This document shows, piece by piece, positions 1 to 9,270 of a DNA stretch of 48,538 bases (position 1 is the stretch's first letter; every line of letters begins with the position of its first letter). The notes below the pieces were generated by a model. It worked only from the letters and a program-made list of their open reading frames with translations, was not told the DNA's origin and ran no database searches. This DNA comes from Promethearchaeati archaeon (GTDB taxonomy: Archaea; Asgardarchaeota; Heimdallarchaeia; JABLTI01), in assembly GCA_013166835.1 (NCBI GenBank), contig JABLTI010000030.1, positions 1-48,538 of the forward strand. Direction: 5' to 3'. Made by a program: the position numbers and the translations under genes.

Positions 1-2537
1 AGTTTTTTAGGAATTCTGAGCGAAGTTTCAGGGGGAAACGCATTATAACTTCTACCAACAAGTAAAATACCGATATCGTTTGTATCTTTTAATTCTTCAA
101 TAGCCACCTTCCCCATTTGTAGGAATTGATTTTCAATATCCTTCTGAACCTTGACAGCCTTAGCAAAAGCTTCAGTTGCTGCTTTCTTGGTTTCATTTAG
201 TCTATCAACCGCTGTCAAAACCATGAATCTATCATTCTCATAACCATCTACGAAATCAAGTGTTGGACTGAGAAAAGTGGCATCCCTGAACGCTACAGAA
301 ATAAAGTATGGACTTGCTTGAGTTAATGGACAGAAAGTAGCTTCTAACCATTTCTCACCTTTAGGCATTTGGTGAACATGCGGGAGAAAAATGGTTGTAA
401 TATCATTCTTAATAAGATCCAAAACAGCTCCATGTAAAACTTGAATCGGATAACAAAAAGCAGCATTAGTCATGAGTTCTTTCTCTTCATCAATATCGGA
501 AAGGATAACTTCATACCCAAGTTCTTCAAAGAATGTGGAGAAGAGTGGGTAAAGACTATGTGTTAGTAAAGCTCTTGGAATGCCAATTTTTCCTTTACTT
601 TGAACTGCTTTTTCTTTTGGTTTTTCCTTAGTTCGTAAGATGAGTTCATTTCTTAATTCGACAAGATTTTCTTTTTCCTCTGTTTTTTCGGTTCCTTTCC
701 ATTGGTATTCGTATCTGGTGCAGCTCCCACCAAAATTGAATTTACGCCCTCCTACCTCGTACTTCTCAATACGACAATAGTTATCACATGCCTTACAGGT
801 AAAACTACCAAGATGCTTCAATTCTTCTTTAATTATAGTTTTGAGATCTGTTTTCGCTGGCATTGCTTTAATTTCATGTTGCTCGTACTTCTCTTTAGCA
901 ATAAGACTAATGCCAAAAGCACCAACAAGCTCTGGACTTGGAGGAATAATGATTTGTTTACCAGTAGCTTCAGCGAAAGCAAAACCTACAGAGTGATTCT
1001 TAGCAACTCCTCCTTGGAAGAAGACTTTCTTTCCAACAGTTCTAGAACCTTTAACCTTGTTCAGATAATTATCAACAATAGAGTAAACTAATCCACCAAC
1101 AATATTATCTCGGCCATATCCTTCTTGCATAGCTGTACGGATGTCGGTATTGATGAACGCTGCACAGTCTGCCTTGAATCTAACAGGAGTCTCAGCACCA
1201 ATAGCTGTTTTTGAGATATTGAAAACATCAATTCCTAAGTCACCCTTAGCACTTTCCTCGAGGAAAGAACCTGTTCCAGCAGAACAAGTTGCATTCATAG
1301 CATAATCAACAGGAACACTGTTTTGAAGGAACATATATTTGGAGTCCTGGCCTCCAATCTCGAATACAGTATCCACTTCGGAATCATAGAATACCGCACC
1401 TCGAGAATGAGCAGAAATTTCATTATATACAGCAGAAGTTCCTAGATACGCTGCAACTAGTTCTCGACCAGAACCAGTAACCCCAACTAAATTAACTTTC
1501 TGATTTCCAACTTGTGAAATGATTTCCGTTATGCATTTTCTTGTAGCTTCTACTGGATTACCACTAGTTCTTCCATAATAAGAAGCTATTACTCCTAAAT
1601 CTTCAGGATCAACTAGAACCGCTTTAGTTGTTGTAGAACCAACATCCACACCTAAAAGGAAGGAAGAATCTTTCTTGAAATCCTTCTTATGCTCAACTGA
1701 TTCGATAATAGTTACCTGCTTTCTAAATTGCTCTAAAGAAGGCATTGTGGAAAAGCTTTTGCTAGTAATCAAGTTCAATTCTTCGTGAATGGGATCATCT
1801 TTAGCAAGAAGAGCTGCGCCATAAGCCTCGAAAACTGAGCTGACATCCTTGAGAACAACTTCAACGTCTACTAGTTCCTCCTTGAGCAATTTAATAAACG
1901 CAGTATTAAGAGAAACCCCACCAATAACAAGTAATTTCTTAACATCTACTCGAGATTGAACGACAAGTCCTTTGATTTTGTTAGCCATACTAGCAAGAAC
2001 TGAAGTTAAAAGATCTTCAACAGAGGCTTCTCCACGATTCAATTTATGAGTGATATCAGATTTACAATGAACGGAACAACGAGAAGCTAGTTCAGTTTTC
2101 TTACCCTTATGAGCAAGAGAGATAGCTTCCTCAAGAGAAATCCCTAAACGATCGATCTGTTGAATGAAAAATTCCCCACTACCTGCTGCACATTTATCGT
2201 GAGATAAAACATTAAGGATGTATCCTTCCTTACTCAAGACATACAAAACAATGGCTTCCCCACCTAAGGAGAGAATAACATCAAATTGTTCCTCTAAAGC
2301 TTTTATCCCTCGTTCAACAGCAATAATCTCAGAAATCTCTCCAAAAGAACCACTGACACCATAGAAAGTTTTACCTGGATTACTGTTTGCTTTTAGAAGT
2401 TTATCAAGAACTTCTTGAGGTTTCCCTACATGAGATTCTTTAGCGATTGTATACTTGCCTTCTTCATCAACACTAACAAGATTGACAGATACTGAACCGA
2501 TATTGACACCTACATAATAGTTGGAAATAGCTAACAC
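1..2537 (-). CDS. CoA-substrate-specific enzyme activase (tandem BadF/BadG/BcrA/BcrD ASKHA ATPase domains plus DUF2229-like domain), 3' end outside window
   Basis: Not in the ORF track because there is no stop inside the window. Manual minus-strand translation of segments gives YYVGVNIGSVS, HDKCAAGSGEFF, ASRCSVHCKSD, LGVDVGSTTTK, EIGGQDSK, MNATCSAGTGSFLEE and IGIPRALLTHSLYP. First in-frame start after an upstream TAA is GTG at 2537. Confidence 0.9.
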   Translation of the reverse strand, partial: MLAISNYYVGVNIGSVSVNLVSVDEEGKYTIAKESHVGKPQEVLDKLLKANSNPGKTFYGVSGSFGEISEIIAVERGIKALEEQFDVILSLGGEAIVLYVLSKEGYILNVLSHDKCAAGSGEFFIQQIDRLGISLEEAISLAHKGKKTELASRCSVHCKSDITHKLNRGEASVEDLLTSVLASMANKIKGLVVQSRVDVKKLLVIGGVSLNTAFIKLLKEELVDVEVVLKDVSSVFEAYGAALLAKDDPIHEELNLITSKSFSTMPSLEQFRKQVTIIESVEHKKDFKKDSSFLLGVDVGSTTTKAVLVDPEDLGVIASYYGRTSGNPVEATRKCITEIISQVGNQKVNLVGVTGSGRELVAAYLGTSAVYNEISAHSRGAVFYDSEVDTVFEIGGQDSKYMFLQNSVPVDYAMNATCSAGTGSFLEESAKGDLGIDVFNISKTAIGAETPVRFKADCAAFINTDIRTAMQEGYGRDNIVGGLVYSIVDNYLNKVKGSRTVGKKVFFQGGVAKNHSVGFAFAEATGKQIIIPPSPELVGAFGISLIAKEKYEQHEIKAMPAKTDLKTIIKEELKHLGSFTCKACDNYCRIEKYEVGGRKFNFGGSCTRYEYQWKGTEKTEEKENLVELRNELILRTKEKPKEKAVQSKGKIGIPRALLTHSLYPLFSTFFEELGYEVILSDIDEEKELMTNAAFCYPIQVLHGAVLDLIKNDITTIFLPHVHQMPKGEKWLEATFCPLTQASPYFISVAFRDATFLSPTLDFVDGYENDRFMVLTAVDRLNETKKAATEAFAKAVKVQKDIENQFLQMGKVAIEELKDTNDIGILLVGRSYNAFPPETSLRIPKK

Positions 2538-2708
2538 CTTTTTACAGAGTGGTTATACACTAATTATGAAAACACCTCTGATATAAGACTTTCCTCTTAA
2601 AAAAGTAAACCAAAAATTACTATGATTTTTTTGTCTAAATTAACAAAGACTGGTTTTAAAACTTAAAAAGAGTAATCAAGAAATGTATTTATTATTTGGG
2701 GAATTACA

Positions 2709-3683
2709 ATGAGTAATCTTGATCATCAGAAGGTAAAAGAAGTTATTAAGAAAATCTTTGACTGCAACAAGGTCAGTGAATTTATTTCTTTTCCTTCATC
2801 AGTTAATACACTTTTGCAGTTTGAAATCAATAATGAAAAGTACATGATAAAGATTCTAACATTACCAACTTTATCTGAATGGGAAAATCACCGATTGGAT
2901 AAAGAAGGAAAACTACTGGATTTATTCTTCAAACACGATTCGTTGAAAGTTCCTGTTCCAGAACTTGTTCACATCGAAAACAATGATGAGTTAATTGGTT
3001 ACAAATTCATTATTTATCGTTTTGTTGATGGAGTAATTCTTTGGAGTATTTGGAGAGATTTATCCAAAGAAGAACAAATCCGACTTGTGAAGGAATTAGC
3101 AAGCATCGTTAAGGAAATTCATTCTGTGAAATATGATTGGTTTGGTGAAATCGAAGACATCGAGGAAGTCTCAAGACATTCTTCTTACAAAGAATCAACT
3201 CTGAATTGGATTCAAGAATTGAAAGATTGCATAAGCGAAAATAAATCTTTGCCGATGGATTTGCTTGAAAAAGCTCAGAAGTTTGTCCAAAACAATATCG
3301 ACAAAGTCACCTACAAACCTGTGCCAACTCTTGTTCACAATGACATTCATCAAGCAAATGTTATAGTTAAGAAAAATGAGCAAGGAAACTACAAAATTCA
3401 AGCAATTGTTGATTGGGAATGGGCTTGTTCAGCGAATCTGCTTGATGATCTTTTCTGGATTAAAGATATGGTCCTTACAGATAAGGAATTGGAATCAGCC
3501 TTTTTCCTTGAGTATTTCCAAGGTGAAAGAGATAATCTTGATGATTTTGTAATTGATCGTAAGATCTCTAATATCTGTTTAGGGTTAGATACTGCTGCGT
3601 CTATTTGGGACACTCATCATCCTCCCACTGATGAGGAAGTAGAAGAAGTAAAACGTTCACTTGAAGAAAACTCGAAGGAATAA
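2709..3683 (+). CDS. Aminoglycoside phosphotransferase / choline kinase-like family protein
   Basis: Brenner motif HNDIHQAN and IVDWE; N-lobe MIKIL, VPVPEL. Confidence 0.85.
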   Translation: MSNLDHQKVKEVIKKIFDCNKVSEFISFPSSVNTLLQFEINNEKYMIKILTLPTLSEWENHRLDKEGKLLDLFFKHDSLKVPVPELVHIENNDELIGYKFIIYRFVDGVILWSIWRDLSKEEQIRLVKELASIVKEIHSVKYDWFGEIEDIEEVSRHSSYKESTLNWIQELKDCISENKSLPMDLLEKAQKFVQNNIDKVTYKPVPTLVHNDIHQANVIVKKNEQGNYKIQAIVDWEWACSANLLDDLFWIKDMVLTDKELESAFFLEYFQGERDNLDDFVIDRKISNICLGLDTAASIWDTHHPPTDEEVEEVKRSLEENSKE

Positions 3684-3796
3684 AGCACTATTTTTTATCT
3701 AAATTCCTTCTAGTTCTTTGTTTTTATTCACAAAATTTAATTTCAATTACGACAATTAAAACTTCATTCATCTAATAATACCACTGAGGGATTCAT

Positions 3797-6169
3797 TTGA
3801 AACTATTCGAACCGATAAAACTAGGCAAAGTTGAAATTAAAAATAGAATCGTCATGCCTGGGATGGAGACAAATTTAGGCGATGAACATGGAAATGTAAC
3901 TCCACAAACTATTGCTTATTACAAACAAAGAGCAAGAGGTGGTACAGGATTAATCATTATTGAAGGCATATTTTTTGATAAGACAGGTCGTGGAACACAG
4001 AATATGCTTAGTATTGAATCCAATAAATATATCAATGGATTCAAAAAACTCGCAGAAACAATTCATACTTATGAAGCGAAAGTTCTCGGTCAACTTTATC
4101 ATGCTGGCATACAATCAACTAGTTTTATAACTGGTGAACAAATAGTTGGTCCCTCAAATATTCCTAGTACCCTTACCGGTGTAATACCTCAACCTATGTC
4201 GAAAAAAATGATTAAGGACGTTGTTAAAGGGTATGCTGATGCTTCTGCTCGATTACAAAAAGCAGGATTTGATGGGGTTGAAGTTCACGCAGGTCATGGG
4301 TATCTTTTGAATCAGTTCTTTTCTCCTCTGTATAATGACCGTACTGACGAATATGGTGGTACTCTTGAGAATAGAACAAGATTCGCTGTTGAAGTCTCTA
4401 CTGCTATTAGAAAGAAATGTGGTGAAAATTTCATTATTTGTTTTAGACTTAACTGTGAAGATTTCATAGAAGGTGGATTATTAGTAAATGAAATGGGTCT
4501 GATCGCTCAGAAATTGAGCCAAGTAGGAGCAAGTCTACTAAATATTACTGGGGGAATTTTCGATTCTCCTTATTATCCTGTTGTACCATTTATGAATCGC
4601 CCTCGAGGAGTGTATTCTAAATACTCCAAAACTATCAAGCAGTTTGTTCGTCGTATTCCGATTTGTGTTGTAGGTAGGATTAACACTCCTGAAATTGCGG
4701 AAGAAATCCTACAAGATAATCGAGCTGATATGGTTGCTATGGGTCGAGCAGTTATAGCTGATCCTTATTTCCCTATCAAAGTTTTAGAAAATAAAAGAAA
4801 TGAAATGATTGTCTGTCCAGCATGCAATGCTTGTTTAAATCAAATCCTTATAGAAGAGAAAGTTTCTTGTGCAATCAATCCCAATATTTTCGGAAGATAT
4901 CAAGATATTGATCCTACAAAAGACGCTTGCAAAGTACTTGTTATTGGTGCAGGTCCTGCAGGTTTAGAGGCTGCACTTGTAGCAAAGATACGTGGTCATA
5001 ATGTTTTACTTGTTGATGAACAAGATAAAATAGGCGGAAATCTTCATCTTGCAGCCATTGCTCCTATGAAAAAAGAAACAAGAAATTTTATCACAAAATA
5101 TCTAACCCTTACAGAGAAATACAATTTAGATATTAAACTTAATACACCTTACAGTAAGGAAATACTTGATGAGTTTAAACCAGATGTGGTAATAATCGCA
5201 ACTGGTTCAGTTCCTTCTATTCCAACTATTAATGGAATAGATTCGGAAAATTACAAAACTTATACAGAAATTTTGCGAGATGATAATCCACCTGGAATAA
5301 AATATGCTGTTATTGGTGGAGGGATGATTGGCATTGAAGTTTCTAATTATCTCTCAAGTAAGAAAAAGCAAATCACTATTTTTGAAGAGAATTCTGTTCT
5401 TGGAACGGATCTATATTCTCTTGTTGGGTCTGAAATCGTTCAAAGAACTCTCGATGATGATAGAATTTTGGTAGTTAATAATGCTGTAATTGAAAATATT
5501 GACGGTAAGATAATCTCCGGCAAGCGCGAAACAAATGATTTTGCTTTCGTATTTGATGAAATCATTGTTGCTACTGAACCTACTCCTTACAGTGACATTG
5601 AAACTGAAATTAAAAAGCATGTACCTAAAGTCTTCAAAATCGGTGATTGCAAGAAGAAGAGGGTCAGGAAGATCCTAGATGCTGTACAAGATGGATATGA
5701 AATTGGAATGACTTTAGAATCAGCTAAACTTGCACCTTCCTTAGATGAAGACGCAGGTGAAGAAGGAATACGCAGTGAAGTAGTTCACAAAGTGAATACA
5801 AGTACATTTGAAATTGAAGACATGCCCAAGTATTTACAGGTTTTAGTTGAAATTTGTAATAGTAATACATCTATACAAAAGAAATCCAAGAAATCAAATC
5901 TAAAATTCCAATTTCGAGTTGTACCTGGACCTAGTTATTGGATCAATATTACTAATGGTAAATTCACAACTGGAGAAGGAGAAATGACTAAACCAGATGT
6001 CATTATTGAAATGAGTAAAAACATCGCTGCGGGAATCTTTACAGGAGAAGTGAATGCTGCATCTGCTTATATGTCCAAGCAATTGAAATTTATTGGTCCA
6101 TTACGACATGGTATGAAGTTCCAACAATGGACAAATGCAGTTAAAAAAGAACTAGGATTCGAGGTTTAA
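3797..6169 (+). CDS. NADH:flavin oxidoreductase (FadH/2,4-dienoyl-CoA reductase-like) with C-terminal SCP2 domain
   Basis: OYE barrel (KNRIVMP, HAGHGYLLNQFFSP, RTDEYGG), Fe-S motif CPACNAC..C, two Rossmann motifs (GAGPAG, GGGMIG), C-terminal SCP2-like segment (KPDVIIEMS..IFTGEVNAASAYMSKQLKFIG); TTG start with GAGGG upstream. Confidence 0.88.
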   Translation: MKLFEPIKLGKVEIKNRIVMPGMETNLGDEHGNVTPQTIAYYKQRARGGTGLIIIEGIFFDKTGRGTQNMLSIESNKYINGFKKLAETIHTYEAKVLGQLYHAGIQSTSFITGEQIVGPSNIPSTLTGVIPQPMSKKMIKDVVKGYADASARLQKAGFDGVEVHAGHGYLLNQFFSPLYNDRTDEYGGTLENRTRFAVEVSTAIRKKCGENFIICFRLNCEDFIEGGLLVNEMGLIAQKLSQVGASLLNITGGIFDSPYYPVVPFMNRPRGVYSKYSKTIKQFVRRIPICVVGRINTPEIAEEILQDNRADMVAMGRAVIADPYFPIKVLENKRNEMIVCPACNACLNQILIEEKVSCAINPNIFGRYQDIDPTKDACKVLVIGAGPAGLEAALVAKIRGHNVLLVDEQDKIGGNLHLAAIAPMKKETRNFITKYLTLTEKYNLDIKLNTPYSKEILDEFKPDVVIIATGSVPSIPTINGIDSENYKTYTEILRDDNPPGIKYAVIGGGMIGIEVSNYLSSKKKQITIFEENSVLGTDLYSLVGSEIVQRTLDDDRILVVNNAVIENIDGKIISGKRETNDFAFVFDEIIVATEPTPYSDIETEIKKHVPKVFKIGDCKKKRVRKILDAVQDGYEIGMTLESAKLAPSLDEDAGEEGIRSEVVHKVNTSTFEIEDMPKYLQVLVEICNSNTSIQKKSKKSNLKFQFRVVPGPSYWINITNGKFTTGEGEMTKPDVIIEMSKNIAAGIFTGEVNAASAYMSKQLKFIGPLRHGMKFQQWTNAVKKELGFEV

Positions 6170-6289
6170 TCCTTTTCTTTTTTATATTATTCTTAGCAAA
6201 TGCTGGGTAAGACTCTTTGGAATTCTTAATAAATTATTTAAACAAGAAAAAGACTCTTTTTGCAGAGAATTTTGGGATGATGATTGTTA

Positions 6290-7615
6290 ATGTCACATAA
6301 AATTGGTATTCGTCGTGAAACAAAACCTGGAGAACGAAGAACTCCTCTTACTCCAATTGCAGTTAAGCAGTTGAAAGAGGAACATAATATTCTAACTATT
6401 TTACAACCATTTGATAAGAGAGCCTTCTCAGATGAAGAGTATAAAGAAGCAGGAGCATTGATCAATGAAGACCTATCTGACTGCTCTGTTGTTTTTGGTA
6501 TCAAGGAAATGGATCTCGATATTTTCCTTCCGGACAAAGCCTTCATGTGTTTTCATCACGTAATTAAGGGTCAAGAAAGCAATATGCCAATGCTCAAGCA
6601 TATCATGAAAACTGGGAGCACTATGCTTGATTATGAGAAAATTACAGATGATAAAAATCGTCGTTTGATTTTCTTTGGTCGCCATGCTGGTTACGCTGGA
6701 ATGATTGATACCCTTCATGGGTTTGGTCTTAGATTAAAGGAGATGGAAGGACTGGATTCCCCATTTCTAAAAATTAAGCAATCATGTGATTATTTTGATC
6801 TCAAAGAAGCTAAAGAAGAAATAGCGAAAGTTGCTGAAATCATCAAAAAAGATGGTCTTCCCTATAATCTATTTCCTCTAGTATTCGGTTTTCTTGGATA
6901 TGGAAATGTCTCTCAAGGGGCTCAAATGATTCTTGACCTCCTACCTGTGAAAGAGATAGCTCCAGATGAATTAGCAGAATTATGTGCTTGTCCAGATGTT
7001 GATGAATGTAAAACAACAATCTACAAAGTGGTCTTCAAAGAAGAAGATATGGTGAAACCAAAGGATGCATCAGCAAAATTTGTTTTACAGGATTACTACG
7101 ATCATCCAGAAAAATATGAAGGCTGTTTTGCAGAGGAATATCTTGAGCATATAACAGTAATTGTAAATGGTGCATATTGGTCGGATAAATATCCTAAATC
7201 TATAACCAAGGAAGACATCAAAGAGCTATATTGTGGAGATAAAGAACCACGATTAAGATTCATCGGTGATATTAGTTGCGATGTAGAAGGCGGAGTCGAG
7301 GCTACTGTAAGAATCTCCTATATTGAACGTCCTTTCTTCTGTTATGATCCTGAAGAAGATACTGCAACAGATGGAGTAAAAGGTAGTGGTCCAGCAATTC
7401 TTGCGATTGATCACCTCCCAACAGAAATCCCTCGAGATGCTTCAGAGTACTTTAGCAATACCTTACTGCCATTTGTCCCTAATATCGCAAAAGCAAACTA
7501 TAATGGTACATTGGATGAAGCTGGTTTAGCCGAAGAAATTAAGAAATCAGTAATTCTTTGGAAAGGAAAATTCACACCGAATTACGAATATATAGGTGAT
7601 TATCTAGAAGATTAA
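6290..7615 (+). CDS. Lysine-ketoglutarate reductase (LKR domain of alpha-aminoadipic semialdehyde synthase; AlaDh/PNT fold)
   Basis: IGIRRE..ERRTPLTP, RAFSDEEY, HVIKGQ..NMPML, DYEKI, FFGRHAGYAGMIDTLHG, GNVSQGA, DISCDVEG, IDHLPTEIP; ATG at 6290 preferred to 6284. Confidence 0.88.
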   Translation: MSHKIGIRRETKPGERRTPLTPIAVKQLKEEHNILTILQPFDKRAFSDEEYKEAGALINEDLSDCSVVFGIKEMDLDIFLPDKAFMCFHHVIKGQESNMPMLKHIMKTGSTMLDYEKITDDKNRRLIFFGRHAGYAGMIDTLHGFGLRLKEMEGLDSPFLKIKQSCDYFDLKEAKEEIAKVAEIIKKDGLPYNLFPLVFGFLGYGNVSQGAQMILDLLPVKEIAPDELAELCACPDVDECKTTIYKVVFKEEDMVKPKDASAKFVLQDYYDHPEKYEGCFAEEYLEHITVIVNGAYWSDKYPKSITKEDIKELYCGDKEPRLRFIGDISCDVEGGVEATVRISYIERPFFCYDPEEDTATDGVKGSGPAILAIDHLPTEIPRDASEYFSNTLLPFVPNIAKANYNGTLDEAGLAEEIKKSVILWKGKFTPNYEYIGDYLED

Positions 7616-7804
7616 TCACCCATCAATTTTCTATTGAGGAAATGTTTTTTATCTGAAAAAAAGTTAACAACATCTAGGTGCCATTGTATTTTTTACCCAA
7701 TCTACAAAAGAAAACAAAGCAAATAATGTGATAATTGAAGAAGATTTGATTTTCAAAATTGTTATTAATACAACTTCTCATATTGAATTGGGAGGAAAAT
7801 TATA

Positions 7805-9157
7805 TTGCAAAAAAAAGCTCTGTTAAATTTTTCTTTTGTATTTCTAATCATTTTTCTTTGTTTTAATCCGATAGTACAGCAAATTGATTCCGTAAATAAT
7901 TCTAATATTTACCATCCAAGTCTCAATCAAGTTACTTTCGAAGACCAAGAAAAATATATACAACTTCCTTATTTACCAGTTGATATAGATGAAGTTTTTT
8001 GGGCTGATAATCTAACAAAACAAAATGAATATCTTAACCTTATTGGAAATGGAACCAATGCCTGGTTTATGCACCCTTGGGGTGCTTGTTTTTTTAGTGA
8101 GCATACAGAAGGAGCTGATAAATGGTATTTATACACTCATAGGGAAATGATTGTAAAAATGCCAATTGCTGGGAGACTTGTTCAATATCAAGTAGATAAT
8201 GAAACCAAAATTTCCTACAATGGTTTTGATTTGATAACAGATGTTCGTATTTTCATAGAAATTGGAAAAGACTGTGCAATACTATTGGAACATGTCGATA
8301 TTCTTGAATCATTACACAATGAGTTTCTAATTAATCCCAATTATAGATTCATAAAAGATCAATTTCTAGGTTTTACATCAAAGCTAGCAGCACTAAATTT
8401 CTATTATATTTACAAGTATTGGATGGTCTATCCACTTCCTGCATTCCCTTTGGATTATCAAGCTAAAATTACTAACTATTTTGATTTACAAGTTGAACGA
8501 GCGGTGATTTCAGGTAATTGGCCTGAATCTGATATGTATATTCCTCTAGATAAGGCGGAAGCCAATTCACTTTGGGGAATCTGGCGATACGATAGTGGTC
8601 CTTATGATTCATTATATGAGAATACTCGATGGGATGATTTGCGTGGTAGCATATTAACATTATATAATCGCGAAAGGACTAATTCTGCTACTTTTCACAA
8701 AGATCCAATGAATATATCAAAAGATCTTTCTGATGATGTAATTGGTTTGTTGTTTGATTATGATGGAATCGAACCAGCTGATTACAAACAAAAGGGTTAT
8801 ACTTTAATTGAACAGATAGAGGGCGATTCAACTCAAGGCGTTCTAAAATTGCGTTGTTTATGGTATGGGGATTATAACAATGAAACTATTTATGCTCGAT
8901 TTTCTATGGATTTAAAGAAGGACAAAATTGAAGATGATCTACTGAGCATAGAATACTTTGACCATCTGATTGACGCTCAAGCTGGTTTTACAGGAAATGA
9001 AATTACGTATAGACGACTTATTCGAGAAGCTAGAGCTCCTTGGAATTATATTGTTTATCGTTATATAATTATAGCAGGCGTTGGTGGTGTTGTTCTTTTA
9101 GCTGTAATTATAACTACAATTGTCGTTGTTGTTAGAAGGCGTAAGAAGAACAACTAA
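7805..9157 (+). CDS. Hypothetical secreted protein with C-terminal membrane anchor
   Basis: N-terminal signal-like hydrophobic stretch; C-terminal TM helix followed by RRRKK; GGAGG upstream of TTG start. Confidence 0.75.
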   Translation: MQKKALLNFSFVFLIIFLCFNPIVQQIDSVNNSNIYHPSLNQVTFEDQEKYIQLPYLPVDIDEVFWADNLTKQNEYLNLIGNGTNAWFMHPWGACFFSEHTEGADKWYLYTHREMIVKMPIAGRLVQYQVDNETKISYNGFDLITDVRIFIEIGKDCAILLEHVDILESLHNEFLINPNYRFIKDQFLGFTSKLAALNFYYIYKYWMVYPLPAFPLDYQAKITNYFDLQVERAVISGNWPESDMYIPLDKAEANSLWGIWRYDSGPYDSLYENTRWDDLRGSILTLYNRERTNSATFHKDPMNISKDLSDDVIGLLFDYDGIEPADYKQKGYTLIEQIEGDSTQGVLKLRCLWYGDYNNETIYARFSMDLKKDKIEDDLLSIEYFDHLIDAQAGFTGNEITYRRLIREARAPWNYIVYRYIIIAGVGGVVLLAVIITTIVVVVRRRKKNN

Positions 9158-9270
9158 CATTTCTTTTTTTGTAAACAAACCACATTGGATGTTAAAGAAT
9201 TTAGAAATAGAAAGGAAAAAAACATTTAATTAGACAGGTAAAATAGGAAAGCTAAGAAAAACTAAAATCA

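Noticed and set aside
702-1091. 129-aa plus-strand ORF in the track
   Set aside because: Antisense shadow of the CoA-activase gene; no recognisable motif.
2709-3683. Antibiotic-resistance gene
   Set aside because: Only generic APH/choline-kinase motifs; no mobile context and substrate unknown.
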